Source of the DNA: Mucisphaera calidilacus
GTDB lineage: Bacteria; Planctomycetota; Phycisphaerae; Phycisphaerales; Phycisphaeraceae
DNA: 32,000 bases
Assembly: GCF_007748075.1 (NCBI RefSeq)
Contig: NZ_CP036280.1
Location: 1,290,001 to 1,322,000 of the forward strand
Direction of reading: 5' to 3'
Below the pieces are notes generated by a model. That model worked only from the letters and a program-made list of their open reading frames with translations, ran no database searches and was not told the origin of the DNA. The position numbers were made by a program, and so were the translations under genes. Below, in pieces: positions 15,375 to 23,640 of the stretch. The number at the start of each line of letters is the position of its first letter. Position 1 is the first letter of the stretch.

Positions 15375-16052
15375 TCAGCGTGTGGCGGCGGCGACGAGTT
15401 GTTTGAAGAGTCCGCGGTTGAGGGGTGCTTCGTTGCCGCGTTCGGGGTGCCACTGAACGCCGAGGTAGAAGCGGTCGCCTGGGCGCTGGACGGCTTCGAT
15501 GAGCGTGTCTTCGGCGCGGGCGACGATCTCTAGCGAACCGGGGTCGCGGACGGCTTGTCGGTGGCTGGAGGTGACGAGGTCGTCGCGTTCGGGCAGCCAG
15601 GGGCAGGTATTTTCGAAGAGGACGGGGTGCTGGTAGTTCTTGTCGTGTCGCTGGGGGAGGGGGACGACGTCCTCGATGCGTTGGAAGATCCGGCCGCCGT
15701 TGTGGAGGGACATGAGCTGCATGCCGAGGCAGACGCCTAGGGTGGGCAGATCGGTCTGGTCGAGGTGCTGGAGCAGGGCGAACTCGAAAGCCTGGCGGGT
15801 GGGGTCCATGGTGGTGGTGCGTGGGTCGGTGGTCTCGCCGAGGGCTTCCATGGCGGGGTCGCCGCCGCCGGTTAGGACGATGGCGTGGCAGACGCGGAGG
15901 TAGTCGGGGATGGCGTCGACGATGTGGGGGAGGATGACCGGGATGCCGCCGGCCTGATCGACGGACTGGACGTAGGCGATGGCGGTCTCGTAGTTGCCGG
16001 ATTCGAGGGTGTTGTTCTGATTGTCGGTGGTGATGCCGATGATGGGTTTCAT
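15375..16052 (-). CDS. class-I glutamine amidotransferase, gamma-glutamyl-GABA hydrolase (peptidase C26) family
   Basis: MKPIIGITTD start, nucleophile-elbow GVCLGMQLM, and GVQWHPE. The track ORF 15375..17519 is a fusion of this gene with an antisense shadow of thrC. Confidence 0.88.
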   Translation of the reverse strand: MKPIIGITTDNQNNTLESGNYETAIAYVQSVDQAGGIPVILPHIVDAIPDYLRVCHAIVLTGGGDPAMEALGETTDPRTTTMDPTRQAFEFALLQHLDQTDLPTLGVCLGMQLMSLHNGGRIFQRIEDVVPLPQRHDKNYQHPVLFENTCPWLPERDDLVTSSHRQAVRDPGSLEIVARAEDTLIEAVQRPGDRFYLGVQWHPERGNEAPLNRGLFKQLVAAATR

Positions 16053-16127
16053 GATGGGCAGAATAGCTGCCTGTCGGCGGTTGGGGTGGTGGGTGTCCTG
16101 TAGACTGTGAGGCCCGGAGATTTTGGC

Positions 16128-17543
16128 ATGAAGTACATCAGCACGCGTGGGCAGGCCCCTGCCCTGGGTTTTGAAGAGACGATGCTTGCCGGTCTGGCGA
16201 CCGATGGCGGGCTGTACGTGCCGGAGTCGTGGCCGACGTTGAGCGCGGAGACGATCCGCGGGTTTCGGGGCCAGCGTTATCAGGACGTGGCGTTCGCGGT
16301 GATGCGGCCTTTCGTGGCGGGGGAGATCAGCGATGAGGACCTGCGGGGCATCATCGAGGGCGCGTACGGCCGGTTTCGGCACCGGGCGGTCTGTCCGCTG
16401 GTGCAGGTGGGCCCGGACGAGCACGTAATGGAGCTTTTTCACGGGCCGACGCTGGCGTTCAAGGACGTGGCGATGCAGGTTCTCGGGCGGATGTATGACC
16501 TGGTGCTGGAGCGTCGTGACGACCGGATCACGATCGTGGGGGCGACGAGCGGCGACACGGGCTCGGCGGCGATCGAGGCGATCCGGGGTCGGAGCCGGGC
16601 GAGCATCTTCATCATGCACCCGCACGGCCGAACGAGCGACGTGCAGCGCAAGCAGATGACGACGGTGCGCGGGCCGGGTGCGGAGAACGTGCACAACGTC
16701 GCGATCGAGGGGACCTTTGACGACTGCCAGAACCTGCTCAAGGCGATGTTCAATGACGCGCCGTTCCGTGAGGAAATCCGGCTGTCGGGCGTGAACAGCA
16801 TCAACTGGGCGCGGGTGATGCCTCAGGTGGTCTATTACGTGACGAGCGCCGTGAGTCTTGGTGCTCCGGATCGTGAGGTGGCCTTCAGTGTGCCGACGGG
16901 GAACTTCGGCGACATTTTTGCGGGCTACATCGCTAAGCAGATGGGGCTGCCTATCCGGCGGCTGATCGTGGCGTCGAACAGCAACGACATCCTGACGCGG
17001 GCGTTGACGCGGGGCGATCACACGCTGGGCGAGGTGGTGCCGACGATGTCGCCTTCGATGGATATCCAGATCAGTTCGAACTTCGAGCGTCTGCTGTTTG
17101 ATCTGTACGGGCGTGACGGTGCGGTGGTGTCGGACCTGATGGCGAAGCTGAAGTCGGATGGCGGGTTCGGGATCGAGTCGGCGCGGCTGGACCCGATTCG
17201 GGATCTGTTCGCGGCGGGGCGGGTGGACGAGGCGACGACGCTCGAGACGATCAAGGCGGTGCATGATGAGACGGACGGGTACCTGATCGATCCGCACACG
17301 GCGGTGGGTGTTCGCGCGGCGCGTGAGGTGATGGCGGGTCTGCACGCGGAGGGCGTGCCGGTGGTGACGCTGGCGACGGCGCACCCGGCGAAGTTCCCGG
17401 ACGCGGTATCGCAGGCGACGGGTGTGAAGCCGCCGCTGCCGGAGCATCTTCAGGATCTGTATGAGCGTGAGGAGAAGTACGCGGTGCTGGGGAACGATCT
17501 GACGGCGGTGGAGGGGCATATTCGGGCGGAATTGGCGAGGTAG
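16128..17543 (+). CDS. thrC: threonine synthase
   Basis: MKYISTRGQAPALGFEETMLAGLATDGGLYVP and HGPTLAFKDVAMQ (PLP lysine). GGAGA lies 7 nt upstream of ATG 16128. Confidence 0.93.
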   Translation: MKYISTRGQAPALGFEETMLAGLATDGGLYVPESWPTLSAETIRGFRGQRYQDVAFAVMRPFVAGEISDEDLRGIIEGAYGRFRHRAVCPLVQVGPDEHVMELFHGPTLAFKDVAMQVLGRMYDLVLERRDDRITIVGATSGDTGSAAIEAIRGRSRASIFIMHPHGRTSDVQRKQMTTVRGPGAENVHNVAIEGTFDDCQNLLKAMFNDAPFREEIRLSGVNSINWARVMPQVVYYVTSAVSLGAPDREVAFSVPTGNFGDIFAGYIAKQMGLPIRRLIVASNSNDILTRALTRGDHTLGEVVPTMSPSMDIQISSNFERLLFDLYGRDGAVVSDLMAKLKSDGGFGIESARLDPIRDLFAAGRVDEATTLETIKAVHDETDGYLIDPHTAVGVRAAREVMAGLHAEGVPVVTLATAHPAKFPDAVSQATGVKPPLPEHLQDLYEREEKYAVLGNDLTAVEGHIRAELAR

Positions 17544-17569
17544 AGCCAGCCCGGTTGATTTTGAACGCG

Positions 17570-17610
17570 AAGGCCTCTTGCACAGATTCTGCGGGAGGCC
17601 TTTCTTTTTG
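17570..17610 (+). terminator. intrinsic terminator after thrC
   Basis: AAGGCCTC ... GAGGCCTT stem around a partly paired 17-nt loop, followed by TCTTTTTG. Confidence 0.7.
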
Positions 17611-17611
17611 C

Positions 17612-17658
17612 TTGATTGCCTAGATGTCCGAGGTATATTGCCTAGATGTCCTAGGCAA
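17612..17658 (+). promoter_or_regulatory. PadR-operon promoter (TTGATT-16 nt-TATATT) overlapped by a 15-bp direct repeat and a palindrome (candidate operator)
   Basis: ATTGCCTAGATGTCC occurs at 17615-17629 and again at 17637-17651, 22 bp apart. TTGCCTAG-ATGTC-CTAGGCAA is an inverted repeat at 17638-17658. TTGATT is at 17612-17617 and TATATT at 17634-17639. Confidence 0.5.
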
Positions 17659-17671
17659 GGAGACCGTGGCG

Positions 17672-17998
17672 ATGGACAACAAGGATCTGATCAAGGGGAC
17701 GGTGACGCCGATCGTGCTGGCGCTGCTGCGGGAGCAGCCGAGGTACGGGTACGAGATCGTGAAGGTGGTGAACTCACGGACGAATGGTCGGTTTGAGTGG
17801 AAAGAGGGAACGCTCTACCCGACGCTGCATCGGCTGGAGGCGGAGAAGCTGATCAAGGCGGAGTGGCGTGATGCGGATACGGGCAAGCGACGGAAGTATT
17901 ACCTGCTGACGCGTCGTGGCGAGACGGAGCTGGCCAAGCGTAAGGAGGCATGGACGGCGTTTTCCGAGGCTGTAAGCATGTTTCTGATCGGGGGTTGA
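17672..17998 (+). CDS. PadR-family transcriptional regulator
   Basis: GTVTPIVLALLREQPRYGYEIVKVV ... WKEGTLYPTLHRLEAEKLI ... RKYYLLTRRG is a typical PadR winged helix. AAGGAG lies upstream. The track start at 17624 falls inside the promoter/operator. Confidence 0.9.
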   Translation: MDNKDLIKGTVTPIVLALLREQPRYGYEIVKVVNSRTNGRFEWKEGTLYPTLHRLEAEKLIKAEWRDADTGKRRKYYLLTRRGETELAKRKEAWTAFSEAVSMFLIGG

Positions 17999-17999
17999 C

Positions 18000-20402
18000 A
18001 TGAGCGGGTTTCGCGATCTGGTGCAGCGGGTGACGCAGCGGCTGGGGGTGGATCGAGAGCTGCGGATGGAGGTGGCCAGCGAGCTTGAGGATCATCTCGA
18101 GGACTCGGAAGCTGAGTTTCTGCGGGCGGGTGAGTCGCCCGAGCAGGCGCGAGACAGTGCCGTTCGAGCGTTCGGGGATGAGGCGGAGATCGCGGAGGGG
18201 TTGTGGGAAGCGAACCGGGGACGGATGAAGTGGCGGTCGGTCATGACCTGGACGGTGCGTATGACGCTGATGCCGGCGGCGGTGTTGTTGATGATCATCG
18301 TGTTGGGGCGAATGTCTCTCCAGACCGCAATGGACTATGAGGCGTATCTGCGTAATCCGGATCAGACGCCTTGGGCGATGCGCCTGATGTACGGCTTATC
18401 CGATTCCGGGATGAGCGAGGAAGCACACCTGATTGTGTTTGGGGATCTTGATGCCGACAGCGAGATTGCTCGTGAGCGTGCGATCTGGGAGCGGTTTCCT
18501 GATGACCCGATGTATTACGCGAACTATGTGAGTCGGGCACTCCTGGGCAATGGCTATCGAACTGCCGATGAGATGACGCTGCAGACGGAGGTTGATGGCC
18601 GGACGATGGCGTCGATTATGGCCAGAGGGCGTGAGGTCGATCCCGAGAACGGGATGTATGACTACCTGGAAGCGGTGTTGTTGGTGCGTGAGGCGGTGAC
18701 GATCGAAGGAGACGAGTCGCTGGCGAAAGAGATGGTGCGTTCTGGCCAGAGGGTCAAGATGACACCGTCCAAGATCATAGTGCATGATCCCGCGTTGATG
18801 GCGCGGGCTGAGGCGATGATCCGGGAAGGTACAGAGAAGCCGTATGCGACGCTCTACCCGATGGCTATGGAGGAGCATCGGCAGAGCCTGTTGCCTGAAC
18901 CGCAGACATTCTTTGGTGTCTATCTGCGCATGACACGGGGCATCCAGGTCCTGCTTCCGGCCCTGAGCCAGCAACGACAACTGGCGCGGTTTCTGCAGGG
19001 GCGGGCGTTGCAGCACGCTCAGGCCGGAGAGGCCGAGCAGGCGCTGGCGTGCGTGCCGCTCATCGAACGAATTGCTCAACAGCAGGCGCAGGAATCGAGG
19101 TGTGCGATCGAGTTGCTGGTGGCGTATTCGATCCAAGAGACTGCAAACTGGTCGCGCATTCTGGTCTATGAGCTTGCAGGCGATGACGAGCGAGCCATCT
19201 CTGCGCGGGAGATACTGGATGAGCATTGGGCTTTTTACGACGGCATCAAGGCTGAGAGTGGTCACGATTTATCCAGCAAGATTTCGCAGGCTGGCATCAC
19301 GATGGCTTCGATGATCCCGGCCATCCCGGGGTACGAGACGGACTTTGGGGCCTGGCGGAAGATCGAGTATGCGGTGCTGGATCAGATGGCTCTGGGCTTC
19401 GGGCTTCTGGGTGTGAACGTCCTGGTGTTGTGCCTGAGCTGTTTCAGTCTGTTGCGGCTGTGGCGTGCTCACGACAGGGAAGGCCGTCCGACGCTGCTCT
19501 GGATAGGGTGGCGTCGGATTATTCTGGTGTTGGGCCTTGGGCTGGTCGCTCCGCTCGCGGTGATGATGCTGTGGTGGCTGAGCCCGTGGTCAAGTCGAAC
19601 GTATGGTCTGAATGAGTCGCTGACGTGGGTGTGGGGTGATTATCTGCTGCTGATCTGCGCGATGGTGATGTGCTTCGGTGGTGTGATGGCGTGGTGTCTG
19701 CATGAGCGAGGACGCGAACTTGGCATGGTAGTGCCGCAGCGGTTTGCTAAGTGGAGCCTGCTGCCCGGCGTCGTGATGCTGGGGCTGCTGCTGTTGTATC
19801 GGCTGAGTATGGGGGACTGGACGTCCTCCCATGAGCCTGACGAGGCATTCGTGATGTGGCTGGGGCTGCTGCTGCTTGCTGGTAGTGCGGTAGTCGCCTG
19901 GGTCGGTGGGCTCTGGTGGTGGATGAATGCCGGCCTCACAGAAGTACTTCTCGGTGGTGTGTTGGCCCGTGTTCTGATCCCGCCGATTGTGTGCACAATC
20001 CTCATGTGGATCGGTCTGAGTTTTCTGTATCCCGGGACTTTGGGCGCTCCATCCATGTCTGAGTTCGTGCTCGCGAGTTTGGCGTACAGCCTGCCTGGCC
20101 TGGCGATTGGGTTTCTCTGGGTGGTGGTGTGGCTGACGTCGCCTCGGCTGGATCTTGGGTTGTTTGCGGGATCGGTTCTGAGGTCGCTGGGCCCGGTCGT
20201 TGCGGCGTGTGCTGTTGTGGTCACACTTATCGTGGGGCCGTGGCTGATGTGGCGAGAGGCGTCGCTGGCGGGTCAGATTGCGAGTCAGGGGCTGTTGTTT
20301 GGACAAGAGGTGGAGCGATCGGATCTCTGGAAACTCAAGGAGCGACTGATCGAGGAAGATAGGGGCGATTCAAGCACGGCTGGCAGGCGTTTTCAGCGAT
20401 GA
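18000..20402 (+). CDS. PadR-associated polytopic membrane protein (N-terminal 'permease prefix'-like cytoplasmic helix bundle, large extracytoplasmic domain, about 8 C-terminal TM helices)
   Basis: The ATG is 1 nt after the PadR stop. The N-terminus ...ELRMEVASELEDHLEDSEAEFLRAGESPEQARDSAVRAFGDEAEIAEGL matches the module commonly encoded after PadR genes. One TM helix at about aa 85-105, roughly 360 aa of soluble helical region, then multiple W/L/G-rich TM helices. No FtsX/MacB or other transporter motif recognised. Confidence 0.8.
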   Translation: MSGFRDLVQRVTQRLGVDRELRMEVASELEDHLEDSEAEFLRAGESPEQARDSAVRAFGDEAEIAEGLWEANRGRMKWRSVMTWTVRMTLMPAAVLLMIIVLGRMSLQTAMDYEAYLRNPDQTPWAMRLMYGLSDSGMSEEAHLIVFGDLDADSEIARERAIWERFPDDPMYYANYVSRALLGNGYRTADEMTLQTEVDGRTMASIMARGREVDPENGMYDYLEAVLLVREAVTIEGDESLAKEMVRSGQRVKMTPSKIIVHDPALMARAEAMIREGTEKPYATLYPMAMEEHRQSLLPEPQTFFGVYLRMTRGIQVLLPALSQQRQLARFLQGRALQHAQAGEAEQALACVPLIERIAQQQAQESRCAIELLVAYSIQETANWSRILVYELAGDDERAISAREILDEHWAFYDGIKAESGHDLSSKISQAGITMASMIPAIPGYETDFGAWRKIEYAVLDQMALGFGLLGVNVLVLCLSCFSLLRLWRAHDREGRPTLLWIGWRRIILVLGLGLVAPLAVMMLWWLSPWSSRTYGLNESLTWVWGDYLLLICAMVMCFGGVMAWCLHERGRELGMVVPQRFAKWSLLPGVVMLGLLLLYRLSMGDWTSSHEPDEAFVMWLGLLLLAGSAVVAWVGGLWWWMNAGLTEVLLGGVLARVLIPPIVCTILMWIGLSFLYPGTLGAPSMSEFVLASLAYSLPGLAIGFLWVVVWLTSPRLDLGLFAGSVLRSLGPVVAACAVVVTLIVGPWLMWREASLAGQIASQGLLFGQEVERSDLWKLKERLIEEDRGDSSTAGRRFQR

Positions 20403-20450
20403 TACGGGGTCAGGCTGAAAGCCCTTCCGGGGGGCTGTAGACTGCCGCCC

Positions 20451-21998
20451 ATGAACCAGAAGCAGAACAAGCAGTCGGGCGGTAAGGCGGCGAAGACGGC
20501 GATCACGCCGACGCGTGCGGAGGATTACCCGCAGTGGTACCAGCAGGTGGTGCGTGCGGCGGACATGGCCGAGCCGTCGGACGTGCGTGGTTGCATGGTG
20601 ATCAAGCCGTGGGGTTACGCGTTGTGGGAGAACGTGCAGCGTGTGCTGGACGGCATGTTCAAGGCGACGGGGCATCGGAACGCCTATTTCCCGCTGTTCA
20701 TTCCCAAGAGCTACCTGGAGAAGGAGGCGGAGCACGTTGAGGGCTTCGCGAAGGAGTGCGCGGTGGTGACGCACCACCGCCTGGAGGATGACGGGCAGGG
20801 CGGTTTGAAGCCGGCGGGTGAGTTGGAAGAGCCGCTGGTGGTTCGTCCGACGAGTGAGATGATCATCGGGGCGACCTACGCGAAGTGGGTGCAGAGCTAT
20901 CGTGACCTGCCGATCCTGATTAACCAGTGGGCGAACGTGGTGCGGTGGGAGATGCGGACGCGTCTGTTTCTGCGGACGGCGGAGTTCCTGTGGCAGGAGG
21001 GGCACACGGTGCACGCGACCGAGGCGGAGGCGCGTGAAGAGACGGCGAAGATGCACGAGGTGTACGCGAGATTCGCCGAGGATTACATGGCGATGCCCGT
21101 GATCAAGGGCGCGAAGCCGGAGCACGAGCGATTCCCGGGCGCGGTGGAGACGTACTCGATCGAGGCGATGATGCAGGACCGCAAGGCGTTGCAGGCGGGG
21201 ACGAGTCACTTTCTCGGGCAGAACTTCGCGAGGGCACAGGACATCGAGTACCTCGGCGAGGACAACCAGCGTCATCACGCGTGGACGACGAGTTGGGGTG
21301 TGTCGACGCGGCTGATCGGCGGGTTGATCATGACGCACTCGGATGATGACGGGCTGGTGCTGCCGCCGCTGCTGGCGCCGGCGCACGTGGTGATCCTTCC
21401 GATCCTGCCCAAGGGCAAGCCGGCGGAGCCGGTGCTGTCGTGGTGTGAGCAGTTGGCGGAGGAGTTGCGCGGCGTTCGTTTTGGCGACCGGAACGTCGAG
21501 GTGGAGCTGGACACGCGTGATCTTCGCGGCGGCGAGAAGACGTGGCAGTGGGTCAAGCGTGGCGTGCCGATCCGTCTGGAGGTTGGTGAGCGTGATATCG
21601 CGGAGGACTCGGTGTTTATGGCTCGGCGTGATCTGGGCGTGAAGGACAAGCATGCCGTCAAGCGGTCGGAGTTCGTGGCGACGGTGGGTGTGATTCTGCA
21701 GGAGATCCAGGACGCGTTGCTGGGGCGGGCGAAGGCTTTCCGGGAGGAGAACTCACGCGTGATCGACGACCTGGAGGCGTTCAAGGCGTTCTTCACGCCT
21801 GAGAACGCGGAGAACCCAGAGATCCACGGCGGCTTCGTGAAGGCGCACTGGGACGGGACGACGGAGACGGCGGAGCGCGTTCAGAAGGAGTTGGGCGTGA
21901 CGATCCGGTGTCTGCCTGAGGACGGCGAGGAGCCGGGGTCGTGCATCATCACGGGGCGCCCGAGTGCGGGCCGTGTGGTGTGGGCGAAGGCGTATTAA
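20451..21998 (+). CDS. proS: prolyl-tRNA synthetase (archaeal/eukaryote-like architecture, no INS editing domain)
   Basis: DYPQWYQQVVRAADMAE, RGCMVIKPWGYALWE, VVRPTSEMIIG, FLRTAEFLWQEGHT and the C-terminal Zn-type domain ending ...WAKAY. Confidence 0.93.
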   Translation: MNQKQNKQSGGKAAKTAITPTRAEDYPQWYQQVVRAADMAEPSDVRGCMVIKPWGYALWENVQRVLDGMFKATGHRNAYFPLFIPKSYLEKEAEHVEGFAKECAVVTHHRLEDDGQGGLKPAGELEEPLVVRPTSEMIIGATYAKWVQSYRDLPILINQWANVVRWEMRTRLFLRTAEFLWQEGHTVHATEAEAREETAKMHEVYARFAEDYMAMPVIKGAKPEHERFPGAVETYSIEAMMQDRKALQAGTSHFLGQNFARAQDIEYLGEDNQRHHAWTTSWGVSTRLIGGLIMTHSDDDGLVLPPLLAPAHVVILPILPKGKPAEPVLSWCEQLAEELRGVRFGDRNVEVELDTRDLRGGEKTWQWVKRGVPIRLEVGERDIAEDSVFMARRDLGVKDKHAVKRSEFVATVGVILQEIQDALLGRAKAFREENSRVIDDLEAFKAFFTPENAENPEIHGGFVKAHWDGTTETAERVQKELGVTIRCLPEDGEEPGSCIITGRPSAGRVVWAKAY

Positions 21999-22030
21999 TG
22001 AGACTGTGATGTCGTGTGTTTTGCGGTGTC

Positions 22031-22059
22031 TTGCGGGTGGTTGTGGGTGTGACTAGAGT
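22031..22059 (+). promoter_or_regulatory. candidate promoter of the metY-metXW operon (TTGCGG-17 nt-TAGAGT)
   Basis: TTGCGG at 22031-22036, a 17-nt spacer, then TAGAGT at 22054-22059. It sits within three 10-bp-phased TTG(C/T)GG repeats (22021, 22031, 22041). Confidence 0.35.
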
Positions 22060-22251
22060 ACTCAACTCGCTTTGCTGGCTTGTCGGGCTGGCGACATTTT
22101 CTGACGGGCGTCCGGATTGCTGGACGTCCTGCCCTCCGGCTTAACCATTCGATGTGCTGCCGACGGTCGGAGTCGGCCCGTTGATCGAGGTCAAGCGAGC
22201 CTCGGCGATCCAGACGGGAAGTCAGCGCGGAGAAGACACGGAGACCTCATC

Positions 22252-23577
22252 ATGAGTGACAGTTCCCCTTCCTACGGACTCGGTACGCAGTGCCTGCACG
22301 CGGGTCAGGAGCCGGACTCGGCGACGAACAGCCGAGCGGTGCCGATCTACGCGACGACGTCGTACGTGTTTGACGACACGGATCACGCGGCGCGACTCTT
22401 CGGCCTGCAGGAGTTCGGCAACATCTACAGCCGTCTGATGAACCCGACGGTCGCGGTGCTGGAGAAGCGTCTGGCGGCGCTGGACGGCGGCGTGAACGCG
22501 TTGTGTCTGTCGTCGGGTCAGGCGGCGATCACGGCGGCGATCCTGACCATCACGCACGCGGGGCAGAACATCATCAGTTCGACGAGCCTGTACGGCGGGA
22601 CGTGGACGCTGTTTACGCAGACCTTCAAGAACTTCGGGATCGAGGTCCGGTTTTTCGATCCGGGCAAGCCAGAGCAGATCAAGGACCTGATCGACGAGAA
22701 CACGCGTCTGGTCTACATGGAGTCGATCGGCAACCCGAAGAACGACGTGCCCGACTTCGAGGCGATTGCTGAGGCGGCCCACACGGCGAAGTTCGGCCGT
22801 CTGCCTTTGATCTGCGACAACACGGTGATGACGCCGGCGTTGCTGCGAACATTCGATCACGGGGTTGATATCAATGTTTATTCGACGACGAAGTTCATCG
22901 GCGGGCACGGCACGCACGTTGGCGGTGCGATCGTGGACAGCGGGAACTTCCCGTGGACGGATCAGCCGGAGAAGTGGCCTGAGTTCTGTGCGCCGGCGCC
23001 GAGCTATCACGGCGCGGTGTTCGCGGAGCACCTCAAGCCGTTCGGGAATATCGTGTTCTGTGCGCACGCGATGACGCACTGGCTGCGTGATACGGGTGCG
23101 GCGATGAGCCCGTTTGCGGCGTTCCTTTTCCTGCAGGGTCTGGAGACGCTGCACCTGCGTATGCCGAGGCATTCGGAGAACGCGCTGAAGGTGGCGCAGT
23201 TCCTGGAGGCGCACGACGCTGTGGAGTGGGTGAACTACCCGGGGCTGGCGAGCCACAAGGACCACGCCATGGCGCAGAAGTATCTGCCTTGCGGGCAGGG
23301 CGCGATCCTCGGCTTTGGCATCAAGAGTGGTGCCGAGGCGGGGCAGCGGTTCATCAACAGTTGTCAGCTGTGCAGTCACTTGGCGAACATCGGCGATGCG
23401 AAGACGCTGGTCATTCACCCGGCGTCGACGACGCACTCGCAGCTGAGTGCGGAGGAGCAGGCGCAGACGGGTGTGGTTCCGGAGTACGTGCGTGTGTCGG
23501 TTGGCATCGAGGATGCGGCGGACATTATCGCGGACCTGGAACAGGCGTTGGCGTCGGCGGTTCCGGCGGCGGTATAA
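22252..23577 (+). CDS. metY: O-acetylhomoserine aminocarboxypropyltransferase (sulfhydrylase)
   Basis: [38 protein letters not shown] and [12 protein letters not shown] (PLP lysine). GGAGA lies 7 nt upstream of ATG 22252. The track start at 22117 adds 45 non-conserved aa. Confidence 0.92.
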   Translation: MSDSSPSYGLGTQCLHAGQEPDSATNSRAVPIYATTSYVFDDTDHAARLFGLQEFGNIYSRLMNPTVAVLEKRLAALDGGVNALCLSSGQAAITAAILTITHAGQNIISSTSLYGGTWTLFTQTFKNFGIEVRFFDPGKPEQIKDLIDENTRLVYMESIGNPKNDVPDFEAIAEAAHTAKFGRLPLICDNTVMTPALLRTFDHGVDINVYSTTKFIGGHGTHVGGAIVDSGNFPWTDQPEKWPEFCAPAPSYHGAVFAEHLKPFGNIVFCAHAMTHWLRDTGAAMSPFAAFLFLQGLETLHLRMPRHSENALKVAQFLEAHDAVEWVNYPGLASHKDHAMAQKYLPCGQGAILGFGIKSGAEAGQRFINSCQLCSHLANIGDAKTLVIHPASTTHSQLSAEEQAQTGVVPEYVRVSVGIEDAADIIADLEQALASAVPAAV

Positions 23578-23607
23578 GACGATCAAAAGGTCTACAATGA
23601 GATTCGG

Positions 23608-23636
23608 CCGGGCCCGGAAGGGTCCGGTCGGTTTTT
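23608..23636 (+). terminator. terminator-like hairpin between metY and metXW
   Basis: CCGGGCCC-GGAA-GGGTCCGG followed by TCGGTTTTT. The T-run ends 4 nt before the metXW ATG. Confidence 0.5.
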
Positions 23637-23640
23637 GAGT

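Noticed and set aside
16053-17519. Upstream 490 codons of the 714-aa minus-strand ORF 15375..17519
   Set aside because: Only the last 225 codons (15375..16052, starting MKPIIGITTD) form a glutamine amidotransferase. The rest is R/H/P/L-rich sequence antisense to thrC.
20370-21653. 427-aa minus-strand ORF
   Set aside because: It is antisense to proS, and its R/H/L/P-rich composition marks it as a shadow ORF. The same reasoning applies to 22222..23895 (antisense to metY), 24076..25500 and 25031..25936 (antisense to metXW/rpsT), 26934..28625 (antisense to ligA), and 29793..31892 and 30016..31011 (antisense to mfd).
22060-22251. Assignment of the metY leader to a specific SAM riboswitch class (SAM-I, SAM-II or SAM-IV)
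   Set aside because: Only fragmentary resemblances were found (GGAGTCGGCCCGTTGA; GCTGGC...GGCGAC). The conserved cores I remember (GAGGGA/GGCAACC for SAM-I, a 3' AAAGCU for SAM-II) are absent. I kept it only as an unclassified candidate leader.
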